Positions 25,950 through 41,024 of a DNA stretch of 64,000 nucleotides are shown in pieces. Below the pieces are notes generated by a model that had not been told where the DNA came from, ran no database searches, and saw only the letters and a list, made by a program, of their open reading frames with translations. Source of the DNA: Raja brachyura (Eukaryota); the NCBI GenBank assembly GCA_963514005.1, contig OY740820.1:13206001-13270000 (forward strand), written 5' to 3'. Every line of letters starts with the position of its first letter. The first letter of the stretch is position 1. Made by a program: the position numbers and the translations under genes.

Positions 25950-27159
25950 GTGACTCAAATCAGTGAATTAAAGGAAGATGATTTGCTAAATCGTTCACCA
26001 TTGCTATTAATGTAAAATTTCCATGCCTCAAGGGCGTTAAACCAAAGCTATATTCTCGAAAGAAGCTGTGGGCATGGAACTGCATTAAAAATGTAAAGCA
26101 TAACAGTACAGCACTGGAACGGGCTCTTCAACCCACAATGTTTGTGCCAAACATGACGGCAGGTTAAACTGATCTCATCTGCCTGAACAGTGGGAGAGTC
26201 TAGGACTCGAGGTCATAGCCTCAGAATTAAACGACATTCTTTTAGGAAGATGAGGAGAAATTTATTTGGTCAGAGGGTGGTGAATCTGTGGAATTCTTTG
26301 CCGCAGGAGGCTGCGGAGGCCAAATTAGTGGATATTTTTAAGGCATAGATAGATTCTTGATTAGTACAGGTGTCAGAGGTTATGGGGAGAAGGCAGGAGA
26401 ATGGGGTTAGGAGGGAGAGATAGATCAGCCATGATTGAATGACGGAGTAGACGATGGGCCAAGGGTCTCGACCCGAAACGCCGCCCATTCCTTCTCTCCA
26501 GAGATGCTGCCTCACCCGCTGAGTTACTCCAGCAGTTTGTGTCAACCTTCGGTTAAAACCAGCATCTGCAGTTCTTTCTTACGCACCAGAATGAGAGGGC
26601 ACTGGTTTAAGATGCGAGGGGTGGTGCAAACAGAATCTGAGGGGTACTTTTTTTCACACGGGGGATGGTAAATATTTGGTTCGGGTAGCCAGAGGAGGTA
26701 GTGGAGGCATATTTATATTCTATTACAAAATTTAAAAGGTATTTTGACAGGTACGTGGATAGGAAAGGAGTAGAGGGAAGTAGGTCTAATGCAGGCAAAT
26801 GGGTAAGCATAGATAGGCAGCATGGTTGGCATGGACAAAGTGGACCGTAAGGGCCTATTTTCTGTGGTGTACTGTATGTTTTCATGATTCTCTGTAAAAG
26901 TTTTCCTATGGAATTACTTTTTTTTTTAAATTTGGATTGATAGGACTTGCTTGGATTGTTGTGGGTGCTTCAATTGAACGTGAAACGACACACAACTCCT
27001 AGTTGTAATATTCCAACATTTCGTAATAAATCATTTCATAAATTTGGAATCATCCAATCATCCAAGCTTTATTAAACAGCCGATTATGAGAAAAGACAGC
27101 GACAGACTTCACCTGAATGGGATTTGTGTGCATTTGGGAAGGTAGGGGACTGCTCAGTA

Positions 27160-27572
27160 AATGGAGGACAGGACAGCACCTCATATTTCGCTTGGGCAGC
27201 TGACTCCCCAGCAGTACAAATACTGATTTCTCCAATTTCAAGTAACCCTTGCTTTCCCTCTCTCTCTGTCCCTCCCCCATCCTAGTTTTTATTGTCCTCC
27301 TGATTAAATATTACTGATTGTATGCCTCGTTGTCACCTTCCCCTCAGCTAACTGTGAACCATTCTACATTTCCTTAATCACCATCCCCTTTGATCTGTGT
27401 TTTCACACATTACCCTTCCATATCTCTCTGTCTCTCTCTCCCCTTGCTCTCACCGAAGAAAAGGATCTCGAGCCGAAACTTCTCTCCAGCAATGCTGCCT
27501 GTCCAGCTGAGTTACTCCAGCATTTTGTGTCTATCTTCGGTGTAAAACAGCATCTGCAGTTCCTTCTTACAC
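27160..27572 (+). mobile_element. Penelope-like 3' fragment
   Basis: cagcacctcatatttcgcttgggcagc followed by the terminal module; homologous to 25200-25640. Confidence 0.75.
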
Positions 27573-27699
27573 AAATGGAGGACGTGGCTGCCTGCTGCAT
27601 TGATGAGGCCCTTGCTCTTAAGAACTTTCATTCAACTTCTAACCATATAACAATTACAGCACGGAAACAGGCCATCTCGGCCCTTCAAGTCCGTGCCGA

Positions 27700-28483
27700 A
27701 ATTTAGCACAAACGATTGCAGGAAAATGGTACATGGTAAATGGTAGGGAATTGAGGAATGCTGTGGAACAGAGGGATCTAGGAATAACTGTGCATAGTTC
27801 CCTGAAGGTGGAATCGCATGTAGATAGGGTGGTAAAGAAAGCTTTTGGTGTGCTGGCCTTTATATATCAGAGCATTAAATATAGGAGTAGGGAAGTAATG
27901 TTAAAATTGTACAAGGCATTGGTGAGACCAATTCTGGAGTATGGTGTACAATTTTGGTCGCCTAATTATAGGAAGGATGTCAACAAAATAGAGAGAGTAC
28001 AGAGGAGATTTACTAGAATGTTGCCTGGGTTCCAGCAACTAAGTTACAGAGAAAGGTTGAACAAGTTAGGTCTTTATTCTTTGGAGCGCAGAAGGTTAAG
28101 GGGGGACTTGATTGAGGTCTTTAAAATGACGAAAGGGATAGACAGAGTTAACGTGGATAAGCTTTTCCCATTGAGGGTAGGGAAGATTCAAACAAGAGGG
28201 CATGACATGAGAATTAAGGGACAGAAGTTTAGGAGTAACATGAGGGGGAACTTCTTTACTCAAAGAGTGGTGGCTGTGTGGAATGATCTTCCAGCAGAAG
28301 TGGTGGAGGCAGGATCGATTTTAACATTTAAAAGTAAAGTGGATAGGTATATGGACGGGAAGGGAATGGAGGAGTATGGTCTGAGTGCAGGTAGATGGGA
28401 TTAGGGGAAAATAAATGGTTGGAACGGACTGGAAGGGCCAAGAAGGCCTGTTTCCGTGCTGTAATTGTTATATGGTTATATGG
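27700..28483 (+). mobile_element. CR1/HER1-type LINE 3' fragment with an uninterrupted 223 aa RT C-terminal ORF
   Basis: RDLGITVHSSLK...LYKALVRPILEYGVQFWSP...ERVQRRFTRMLPG...RRLRGDLIEVFK; tail shared with the V-SINE 3' end; (TATATGGT)n end. Confidence 0.92.
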
Positions 28484-28522
28484 AAAGAAAATGCTAATAA
28501 AGTATGATCGCTTTGATTTTAG

Positions 28523-28642
<120 letters not shown>

Positions 28643-30512
28643 TAAGTAATCGCCGAGAGGGTGGGGTGTTTGGGAGAGGTTTCTGATCAGCGTTATTAAA
28701 CTGTGAAGACTGCCGCGACATTTTTCTCTAAAACAAATACCTAGCCAAAGTTTTGTTTTGAAGATAAAAGGATTTTGTGGGTTACAGTTTGTTGATTTAA
28801 CAATTCAGCAAATTAACTTGCACTGAACAATATAGCAAGGGACGTGCCCTTCGGCCCACAACGTCCGTGACGAACATGATGCCAAGTTAAACTAATCTCT
28901 GTCTGCCCATGATCCATGTCCCTCCATTCACTGCACATCCATGTGCCTATGCAAAAGCCACTTTAACGCAACTATCATATCTGCTCCACCACCACCCCTG
29001 GCAGTGCGGTCCAGCCACCCACTACTCTCCATGTATAAACCTTGCCCCGCACATCTTTAAACCTTGCCTCGCTCACCTTAAAGCTGGTCTTTGACATTTG
29101 ACTAATTTTAGGCAATAAGGTATAATTGGATATCTTGAATGAGAGTTAAAAAAAATTTCAAAAGGGTATTGTGATGTAAATTGGGGAAATAATTTTCACT
29201 TTGAACAAGCTAATCAGTTAAAAACATCTTCAGAATATGGAATTAAGAATGCACTTTTCTGGTAACTGGTCACTAAAAACTGCTTCAGGTGACAGTTCAA
29301 CTTAGGCCCAAACCTTCCTTCTCGAGGCCTACATTAAAGGCTTGAGATCATGAAAGAGTATTTCCAGGTTAATCTGTTCACTGAAACAAGTGATTATATT
29401 GTGCTTGAAATTACTGGGGTTCAAGATCATTTGATAGATGCTAAACCGTGACAGAATGTCGATCAGTGCACATTTCCTGAGGATGAGCTGCTCATAATGG
29501 TGAACTCTATTTAACTTTACTGCTCTGCCAGCTCTTTAATCGACTATAGTTTAATTTCCATTACGTGTTATTACAATGTTGCACCAGTTACGATCAGTGA
29601 CTATTCTCTAGGCCTCATTAAACAAAATAGTTTGCTTTGCTCTGAAATCAGTGGGTGGCGCATACAGGCATTAGCGGGGTTTAAAGAATGAAACATCATT
29701 ATCAACATTACACTTGTTTCTAAATAAGAGACATATCGTAAGTCTCCTGCCATCCCTGTCCACAGCCTGCATAGTAAAACATCCTCAATTACTTTCATAT
29801 AACCTCGCCACTTGGGTATATTATGTGTGTGTGTATGTGTGCGTGTGAAGGGATGTGAAGCTAAGGCTAGCAAATTTAGCTGTGTTGCATATAAGCCATG
29901 ATCACTTTGAACGCCAGATTAATCCAAGGTGCCAATTTACATGTTCTATTAACATTATTTTAACTAGCAGAAAGCTTGTTTTTAGATCGATGTAGTCCGC
30001 ATAGTTTGGAAAACCTTGAGAGAAAAGGAAAAACTGAAGGCCAGGTTAGATTGGGCAGATACACATCAAGGGTGTCAGGGGTTATGGGGCGAAGGCAGGG
30101 AAATGGGGTTGAGAGGGAAAGATAGATCAGCCATGATTGAATAATTGGGTAGGCTTGATGGGCCGAATGGCCTAACTGCAACTAGAACTCATGAACTTCT
30201 ATCAAACTGGAAAGGAGAAGGGCAGCACAGTGACATGGCTCGTGGAACTATTGCACAACACCAGCAACTTGAGTTCTATTGTGGCCACCACTGCTGTCTA
30301 TGTGGAGTTTGCACATTTGTTCTCTGACCATGTGTGTTTCCTGGGTGCTCTATTTTCTTCAAACATCCCGAAAGCATGTAGATGGGAAGTGAGTGGTAGA
30401 ATGGGGATGGGGAACAGAGGAGGGTAGGGGGAGGTGAAGAGAATAAAATAGAATTTGTGTAAAGGTGTGCTTGATAGATGGACACTTGCTGTGGACCCTG
30501 TGTGCATAATGA

Positions 30513-30806
<294 letters not shown>

Positions 30807-31102
30807 TGAATGACTTTGTTGCACACTAAATTCTCTGGCAGATAATGTTGAAGTTTCTAAATGGATGAACTGCTCGTGTTTGCCATCAGATTGTTGAACA
30901 GATGACTTGCCGACTTAGAGTAGAAATGTTTTTATCAACGAGCAAAAATTGCTCGAGCAGTGTATTAATAAACATTAGCAGGTAGTTTAGTTACCAAGCC
31001 AATTCTTAATACTTGCCACTACATGACAAAGTTGTACAAATCTAGTCACAGATTACAAAAGGGTAATAGTCTATGATATGATTAAAAAAAATATATAACA
31101 TG

Positions 31103-31521
31103 TCTTTATTCTTTGGAGCGCAGAAGGTTAAGGGGGGAGGACTTGATTGAGGTCTTTAAAATGATGAAAGGGATAGACAGAGTTGACGTGGATAAGCTTT
31201 TCCCATTGAGGGTAGGGAAGATTCAAACAAGAGGGCATGACATGAGAATTAAGGGACAGAAGTTTAAGGGTAACAAGAGGGGGGACGTCTTTACTCGGAG
31301 AGTGGTGGCTGTGTGGAATGATCTTCCAGCAGAAGTGGTGGAGGCAGGATCGATTTTAACATTTAAAAGTAAAGTGGATAGGTATATGGACGGGAAGGGA
31401 ATGGAGGGGTATGGTCTGAGTGCAGGTAGATGGGACTAGGGGAAAATAAATGGTCGGCACGGACTGGAAGGGCCGAGAAGGCCTGTTTCCGTGCTGTAAT
31501 TGTTATATGGTTATTATATGG
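31103..31521 (+). mobile_element. CR1/HER1-type LINE 3' fragment, near-identical to 28071-28483
   Basis: Direct sequence comparison; ORF 31113-31439. Confidence 0.9.
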
Positions 31522-31607
31522 TCATTCTCCAAACAGGTTATCAAAGTAAGGTTTTGTAAGTTATTTCAGAGATAAAGTGGCACTGGCTGGATATGTATGA
31601 ACATAGG

Positions 31608-32005
<398 letters not shown>

Positions 32006-32113
32006 TGAAGTGGATATTGGGAATTGTGCAAGCATTTGGCCACTGCAAAGTGGACAATGGTTGCCGCTGACAGGTGTGCCTTTGGTTTACACCCCCTGCC
32101 GTCAATGTTAATT

Positions 32114-32376
32114 GGGCAGCATGGTGGCGCAGTGGTAGAGTTGCTTCCTTACAGTGTCAGAGACATGGGTTCGATCCTGACTGCATGGAGTTTGTACGTT
32201 CTCCCCATAACCTACGTGGCTTTATCTCCGGGATCTCCGGTTTCCTCCCACACGTACAGGTTTGTAGGTTGATTGGCTAGATGGTAGGATAGTGTAAGTG
32301 CAGGGATCGCTGGTCGGTGCAGAGTCAGCGGGCTGAAGAGCCTGTTTCCGTGCTGTATTTCTAAACTAAACTAAAA
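32114..32376 (+). mobile_element. V-SINE (HE1-like)
   Basis: gggcagcatggtggcgcagtggtagag...ggttcgatcc; (CTAAA)n tail. Confidence 0.8.
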
Positions 32377-33694
32377 CTTGATAAAGTTTGCTGACATTGC
32401 TTCGGAGTAAAGGTTTGGGTTTAATGTTGCCACATATACTGAGGTGCAGTAGCAAGCTTTGTTTTGTGTGCTAAACAATTAAATCGGGTAATATTATACA
32501 TAACTACCATCAAACCACTTGAGCACAGTAGATAGAGCGAGGAAAGGATACAGAATGAAGACTATAGTTCTCAGCATGGTAATGTAACTGTTCCTTGGAC
32601 AAAGTTCAATGTCTGCAATGGGGGAGAGGAGAATCGGACAGTACCCTAGCTTATGAAAGACCAGAAGGACCTCATAACAGAGGAGAAGAATAAAGAATTA
32701 TCAAGCAATATAAACAAATGGAGCAAAGACAAAGAGCTGCAGATGCCAGTTGTTTTTTTTTAAAAAGACACAAAGTGCCGGAGTAACACAGCGGGTCATG
32801 CAGCATCCGTGGAGGACATGGATAGGTGATATTTCACTCTGAAGAAAGGTCTCGACCTGAAGCATCACCAATTCATGTTTTCCAGGAATGCTGCCTGACC
32901 CACGGAGGTACTCCAGCATTTTGTGTGTATGTTTGTGAACAAGGAGAGCAACTGGTGTTGGCCTTGATAATGTTTTATTTCTACAGTGACCCTTTGATAC
33001 AATAAACTTTTTTTTTTAAAATCCCTGCTGCAACAGGCAAAAAATACACTTTCTCCAGTCATTAAAATGGGAACCTGGCTTGCATGACAGCTCACAACCA
33101 ACCATTGTTGCATTAAAGACATCTGATAGATCGCATGTACTCTATTTACCAATGGTTGATTAATCCATTGCTGCTATTAGTAACATCTATACGTTGAGCC
33201 TATAGTTCCTCTTTACGTATTCATTAATGAATTGTATCTACAGCGTGTTTTTGCCTGAGTTCTAGCCACCACCTGTAGCTTGAGTTTACAACAGTTGGCA
33301 TTAATCCCGGCATTGAGTTTGGTAGATTAGGGTGTGATACAATTAAGCATTAAAGGTATTAGAACGATACAGTAGGATATAACAGTCCTGGTATCAGAGC
33401 TGGGCAATTTAATAACAAAGTGAGGAAGCATTTTTCCCACACTAGAAAACGGAGCTCTTTCTCCCCAAAATGCTACAGATACTCCAACTACAATGGCTAC
33501 ATTTCTATAGGAAACGGATATGAAGCTCAGGCTGGGAAATTGGGCTGTGTTGCAGATTAGCCGTGATCACTTTGAATGCCAGAGTAAACCAAGGTGCGAA
33601 TGACCTCCTTCAGAAGATGTTCATGTGTATCTGGTAAAGCTGACTATTAAAGGCTCCAGTTGTGTTTTAGCCCACAATTGTTACCTCATTGAAG

Positions 33695-34070
33695 CATACA
33701 GAAAGTGAAAGGCCCTGATAGAGTAGATGTGGAGAGTGTGTTTCTACTGGTGAGAGAGTCTTGGGATAAAGGTCATAGCCTCAGAATTAAAGGACGCTCT
33801 TTTAGGAAGGAGGTGAGGAGAAATGGCTTTAGTCAGAGAGTGGTGAATCTGTGGATTTATTTGCCATAGAAGGTAGTGGAGGCCAAGTCAATGGATATTT
33901 TTAAGGCAGAGATAGATCGATTCTTGATTAGTACAGGTGCCCAAGGCTATGGGGAGAAGGCAGGAGAATGGGGTTAGGAGGGAGAGATAGATCAGCCGTA
34001 ATTGAATGGTGGAATAGATAGACTTGATGGGCCAAATGGCCTAATTCTACTCATCACTTATGACTTTATG
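33695..34070 (+). mobile_element. CR1 LINE 3' fragment
   Basis: ggtcatagcctcagaattaaagg...gatagatcagcc tail. Confidence 0.75.
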
Positions 34071-34504
34071 ACAATGTGGAGTCTGGAGAAGGGTCCAGAC
34101 CCAAAACATAATCTTCCCATGTTCTGCTGAGATGCTGCCTGACCCGCTGAGTTAGTCCAACACTTTGTCTTATTTTGTAAACCAGCACCTGTGGTTCCTT
34201 GTTCCTAAATGGCGTTTCTCGGTTTAGGATCTTATCAGTGATCCATCAGGAATATCACATTCTATCATTATTGTGTCAGGGTAGGTCTAGTTGTAGTGCT
34301 CAAAATATTTACTACTGGTAATTTAATCACTGTGGGCCATGTGCATTTTTGAATTAAATTAGTTTATGTTATACCTGAGGATTACTTCCTCAAACTGCTA
34401 TGGGAATTCGGCATGTCTCAAATGACCCATCCCAATGTTTACAGATGTATCATAGAAAGCATCCAATCCAGATGCATATAATGCTCAAGACAGTAAGAAA
34501 TTGC

Positions 34505-34778
34505 AGTTTAGTTTTGAAATACAGCACGGAAACAGACAGAGTTCAACAAGCTGCGCACACTAACACTATCCTACACACACTAGGACAATTTACAATTATA
34601 CCAAGCCATTAGCCTACAAACCTGTAAGTCTTTGGAGTGTGGGAGGAAACTGTATCTCCCATGGACAACCCAGTCGTGTCAGAGGGAGAACACACAAACT
34701 CTGTACAGACAAGCATCTGTAGTCTTGATCGAACCCGGGTCTCTGGCACTGTAAGGCAGCAACTACCGCTGAGCCGCC
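34505..34778 (-). mobile_element. V-SINE (HE1-like)
   Basis: Reverse-complement head and V-domain. Confidence 0.75.
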
Positions 34779-35977
34779 CCAAAACGTTGTGCAAGCAGCC
34801 CCGTCCATCAAGCAAACTCTGTTTAGTTTCTCTTTTGCCCTACCTGGTGTGCTCATGTCTGGCAAGATTTGACTGGATAGCACGCAAAGCAAAGCCTTTC
34901 ATTGTTCTCTCGCTACACATAATAATATAATATATTTATTTATTAAGCACATTTAAAAACAACCCACGATGACAAAAGTGCTGTACAGACCAGAGCAGGT
35001 AGACACAAACAGATCCAGGGCAAACGGGAGTGGCAAGAAGTGAAGACAAGCAGCCAAACAGAGCGGCACAGCCATCGACTTGTTACAGTCATACAGGAAT
35101 AAAAAGTACACAGTAAACGATAGAATTTAACATGAACATCCCCCACAGCGGGATCAACGTTTCTCACTGTGAGGGAAGGCAGTAAAGTTCAGTCCTCTTC
35201 CACTTGTTCACCCGTGGTCGGGGCCTTTAAGGCCTCCGCATTTGCCGCAACAGCGGCCCCCAATGTTTCAGGCCCTCTCGCTGGTATGATGGAGCTCCGG
35301 CGTCGGAACAGAGAACACTCCCAGCCGCTTGGAGTTTCCGAATCGGCCACTTCCTACCGGAGACCGTGGCTCCCGAAATCCACAGGCCGAGCTGGGCGGA
35401 GATTCAGCGCTGGCGATCCCCGGCAAAGATCCCAGGCTCCGCGAAGTTAGAGTCAGCGCCGCCCGCGGCTGGAAGCTCCGCAGACCACTGCTCCACGATG
35501 TAATCAGCTGACCCAACACTCCGGAGCTCCGACACGCGATCCCCAATAGGAATCGCCCGCTCCGCGATGGTAACTCAGTGCTGCGCCGCCGCTGCAGCTC
35601 TGGCAGGAAAGGCCGCGCCAATCCAGATGGTAGACCACGAGGAGGGGGCGAATATGCGGCTCAGAGAAAAGACACATCCTCGACCGGGTAGTGACTGGAA
35701 AAAACTTATTTTCTGGGTTTATTGATTTATTTGGTTTTTTTCTCAGAAAAGTCCTACAGACATTGACTAAGGATTCCTTCAACAGTTAATCTACTTGGGG
35801 TCGTTATTGTACTGTGCCAGTCCCCCCTGAAATGTGAATGTTGAGAACTCGATACCTGACTTTGTCCTTTATAATGTCTCACCTTCTCAGACATAAAACT
35901 TTTGTAAATGGAAAAACTGAAAAACTTTTGTCCTACAAAAAAGAACAAGTTACTTACGCCGTTTTTATTTTTCACAG

Positions 35978-36216
35978 CTCGATGTTATCTTGGAAACAAA
36001 CCTAGCAACAATCCGTGTCCTGGAGGCTGTTCTGAAGAAGCTGTCACGGATGTCAGCGGATGACCAAGCTAAATTCCGTTTGGATAACACCCTTGGAGGA
36101 ACCTCAGAAGTGATTCACCGGAAGGCTATTCAGAGGATATACGCAGACAAGGCTGCAGACATTCTTGATGGCCTGAAAAAGAACCCTGGTGTAGCTGTCC
36201 CTATTGTGCTGAAAAG
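35978..36216 (+). CDS. SIN3A: SIN3A coding exon 12
   Basis: [16 protein letters not shown]...PIVLKR; cacag| and AG|gtagc; 239 nt. Confidence 0.96.
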
Positions 36217-36244
36217 GTAGCTTTATTCTGATTTTATTATCTAA

Positions 36245-36574
36245 AAGCCCTGTCCCACGGTACGAGTTCATTCCAAGACCTCTCCCGAGTTTAAAAAAAA
36301 CAAAACTCGTGGTAAGCACGGAGAATGAACGTAGCGGGTACATCGGAGCTCGGGGACGTTTCTTAGCGTCTCGCAACGCTAACGGCAGGTACTCGGGAAG
36401 ACTCGCTAACGGCAGGTAAGCTCAGGAGGACTCGTGAAGATTTTTCAACATGTTGAAAAATGTCCACGAGAGCCCCGAGTACCGACGAGAGGCCATTACC
36501 GTAAATCTCCGAGTTCGAATCAGGGCAAACTCGGGAGAGCTCTTGGAATTAACTTGTACCGTGGGACAGGGCTT
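36245..36574. mobile_element. MITE, probably PIF/Harbinger-like, with about 48 bp terminal inverted repeats
   Basis: AAGCCCTGTCCCACGGTACGAGTT...CTCTCCCGAGTTT versus AAACTCGGGAGAG...AACTTGTACCGTGGGACAGGGCTT; CpG-rich; superfamily assignment is inference. Confidence 0.8.
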
Positions 36575-37834
36575 GATAAGTATGGCTAAATGTGCTGAAT
36601 ATGACCATTCCAGAGAAGTTGAACAAGTGGGCACCTATATCTGTGATGATTAGGGCCACTGTCATTTTTGTCATGTGCTTCAGAAATGTGACCAAGTGTA
36701 GGTCATGCAACTGCTGGAGTGGCAGTTCAGTTATTCTGTAAAATCATTGTTAATCCCATCGGCTCCACTTTACTGTCTGATCTTCAGCTTCCCAATGACC
36801 CTGTAAGGGAAAGACATTCCTTCTCTTATAGACACAAAATGCTGGAGTAATATCAAGTGATAGGAGCAGAATTAGCCCACCGGACCATCAAGTCTACTCT
36901 GCCATTCAATCATGGCTGATCTATCTCTCCCTCTCAACCCCATTCCCCTGCCTTCTCCCCATAACCTCGAACATCCGTTTCTTTTACACCGAAGATAGAC
37001 ACTTAAATGCTGGAGTAACTCAGGAATGGTGGAAAGAAGGAATGGGTGATGTTTCAGGTCAAGACCCTTCTTCAGAAGGGTCTCGACCTGAAATGTCACC
37101 CATTCCGTTTATCCAGAGATGCTGCCTGTCCCACTGAGTTACACCAGCATTTTGTGTCTGTGGTTCCTTCCTACAAAATTCCTCCTCTGGTCCTAAATTT
37201 CTCATCCTCTCTTAAATAAGTGACCCCCATATTTCGAAATTATGCCTTGTAGTTCTAAGTTCCTCTCTGAGGGGAAGCATCCATGTTGTCACCTCTCTCA
37301 TCCAGACTTTATCCAGATTTTCATACCAAAATCACTCAAGTGAGGTACTGGATTTTGAAACCTTGCCGTCAGGGCTGGATGAACCTTCTGCGGCGTTGGA
37401 GCACCCGACTAGCCTCTCCTGAGACTGCAAGCCCTTGATGGTACGTCTGCAGGCCGCGGTGGGGAGCGATCCCCGGCAAGGGATCCGCTCCGATGGTAAG
37501 TCCGCGGTGGGGCTGACGACAGTCCGAGGGGGCTTTCAGCTCCAGCGATGGTAGGTCGCAGAGCCCGGAGAATGTGATCCGAAACCGGATCACATCTCCG
37601 GGAAGGTAGGAACTTGAAAAAGAAAGTTTCCCCCGACCCCACCACCCCTCCCCCTACATAAAACAAACAGAAGAACATTAAAATAAACTTTAAACAAACG
37701 CTAAAAATAACAAAAAGGATGAAAAAACAAACAGACTGCCGGCAAGGTTGCCGTCTCCCTCCTCCAGTGCTCCCTGCAACTGTGGAAACCGGGTATTACA
37801 AGCAGTGTGACATCACCTTACGGTATCAGTCTAG

Positions 37835-38239
<405 letters not shown>

Positions 38240-40280
38240 TAGCGTCATATAGTTGTACAGTGTGGAAACAATAGTGTCAAGTCAAGAGAGTTTATTGTCA
38301 TGTGTCCCAGATAGGACAATGAAATTCTTGCTTGTCATAGAGTCATATTGTAGTACAGTGTGGAAACAAGCCCCTGTGGCCCACCTTGCCCACACTGACC
38401 AACATGTCCCATCTACACTAGTCCCACCTGCCTGGGTTTGGCCCATATCCCACAAAACCTATCCTATCCAGGCACCTCACTAAATGTTTATTGAACGTTG
38501 CGATAGTTCCTGCCTCAACTACCTCGTTCCATACACCCACCGCCCTTTGTTTGAAGAAGTTACCCCTTCAGGTTCCTATTAAATCCTCCCCCCTCCTCAC
38601 CACCAATATGGAAAGACCTAATGGTCATGCGACACTTGTAGAAATTATCGGCAGCTGTTTGGACCTTAACTTTGAAATTCTGAATCCGTTTAGTGTGCGC
38701 TTGTAGGAAAGGTGAATGGAAAGGTCATACGGAGTTGTTGTTCGAAGTAACCACCGACTTATTGAAACTGGTGCGCACCAGGGACTAGTCAAAGGTGATC
38801 TTCTGAGCGTGAGTTTGGTACAGCTTTTACATTCTCAGCTGACTAGCTTACACAGAAACTTGAATAACAGTGACACTAGGTGCCGACTACAGAATGGAGG
38901 TTGCAGAAAGACTCAATCAGGTAACAAACCAGGTCTTGATTGCAGCACGATACAGCATGGAAAGAGGCCCTTCATCCCAACTTGCCCACACAGGCCAACA
39001 TGTCCCAGCTACACCAGTCCCACCTGCCCCCGTTTGGTCCATATGCCTCCAGACCTATCCATGTGCCTGTCTACCTGTTTCTTAAACGTTGGGATAGTCC
39101 AAGCCTCAACTGCCTCCTCCGTTCCATACACCCAGCACCCTTTGTGTGAAAAAGTTATCCCTCAGATTCCTATTAAATCTTTTCCCACTTCACCTTAAAC
39201 CTATGTCCTCTGGTCCTCAATTCACCTATTCTGGGCAAGAGACTCTGTGCATTTACCCGATCTATTCCTCTCATGATTTTATACACCTCTATAAGATCAC
39301 CCCTCATCCTCCTGCACCCCAATGAATAGAGTCCCAGCCTACTCAACCTCTCCCTATAGCTCAGACCCTAGTCCTGGCAACATCCTTATGAAATATGGTA
39401 GATGGAATTTAATCTTGAAAAATATGAGGTGATCGATTTTGGGACTAAACACTATTCCTGTTATCCTGTATCTACACTGTGGATGGCTCGATAGAAATCA
39501 TGTATTGTCCTTCCGCTGACTGGTTAACCCACAACAGAGGCTTTCCACTGTATGTTGGTACACGTGACAATAAACTAAACAATGTGATTGTACGAGGGAC
39601 ATTGAAGAGAGGACTCACTCTCTGAAGAGTTATTCCAGGGCTAGAGTGTTTCAGCTTTGAAGAGAGATTGGTTTGGCTGGATTTAATTCCTCTGGGTGGA
39701 GAAGGTTGAGGGGAGATCTAACTGAGATGTACAAAATGATGAGGGGCATAGATGGGGTAGAAAGTAGAGAAGTCTATAACCAGAGTGCCCAGGTTTAAGT
39801 CCAGCGTTTTGTGCCTACCTTCGGTATAAACCCGCATCTGCAGTTCCTTCCTGCACAGTTAAGGAAAGTAGAAGATTTAGAAGGGACTTTAGGAAGTTTG
39901 TTTTCCTCACATAAAGAGTTTTTGAAATCTGGAGCACACTGCTTGAGTTGGTGGAAGAGGCATACATTCTCACAGCATTTAAAAAATATTTAGACGTGCA
40001 CCTCAACCCCCATAATAATGAAGGCCACCTGCTGAGTGATGGAAAATTAGGATTAGTATAGATGTGTATTTGATAGCCAGCACGGACATGGTGGGCTGAA
40101 AGCCTGTATATCCAATTGTATGATTGTAAATGTATCTGGCCTTCTGGGCCACCATGTTATCTACCCCTATTGTGGGATTCTAAATGTATCTGGTGTTGTT
40201 AATGCAGTTGTTGAAGGTTTTTGCCGTTCTTTTCCAAACTTATGCCTGATGTTGTTTCTTTTTTATTTGTGCATGTTTAG

Positions 40281-40860
40281 CGGCAAGAACAGGCATCTGA
40301 AGATCACGCACATGTGCCACCTGGCTCTCACTTAACCTTTGTTTATGAGGACAAGCAGATCATGGAGGATGCAGCCTCCCTCATTATCCATCACGTCAAG
40401 CGCCAAGCTGGGATACAGAAGGAAGATAAGTACAAAATCAAACAAATAATTTATCATTTCATCCCAGACCTTTTGTTCGCTCAGCGAGGTGAGCTGTCAG
40501 ATGTAGAGGATGAGAAAGAAGAGGATGAAGATGAAGAAATGGACATGGACGAGAGCACGGGGGCAACTAAAAAGCACAATGGCATTGGCAGTAGCCCACC
40601 CAAGCCAAAACTTATGTTCAGCAACACGGGAGCACAAAAACTGCGGGGCATGGACGATGTGTACAACCTATTCTATGTGAACAACAACTGGTACATCTTC
40701 ATCCGGCTGCACCAGATCCTTTGCTCACGACTCCTGAAGATTTACAATCAAGCGGAGAAGCAGATTGAGGAGGAATGCAGAGAAAGGGAACAGGAGATGC
40801 TGACAGGAAAACGAGACAAAAATGACAGTCCTGCTATTCAGCTTCGACTAAAGGAACCGA
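40281..40860 (+). CDS. SIN3A: SIN3A coding exon 14 (PAH4 region, acidic tract)
   Basis: RQEQASED...[21 protein letters not shown]...LRLKEP; donor A|gtgagt; 580 nt. Confidence 0.95.
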
Positions 40861-41024
40861 GTGAGTATATATGGGATCTAAGTGGGTCTTCCTTATTAGA
40901 AAATACCACCTGTCGTTTATTTATTTTCCTATCACAACAGAGCTACAGGCTAGACTTCAAATTATAGTGCTTGAGCTGTGGACAAAACCGACACAAGTCT
41001 GTACCAAGAACAGCAGTACGATGC

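Noticed and set aside
27733-28404. 223 aa ORF as an independent nested gene
   Set aside because: It is the C-terminal part of CR1 ORF2, 5'-truncated and lacking the catalytic RT core.
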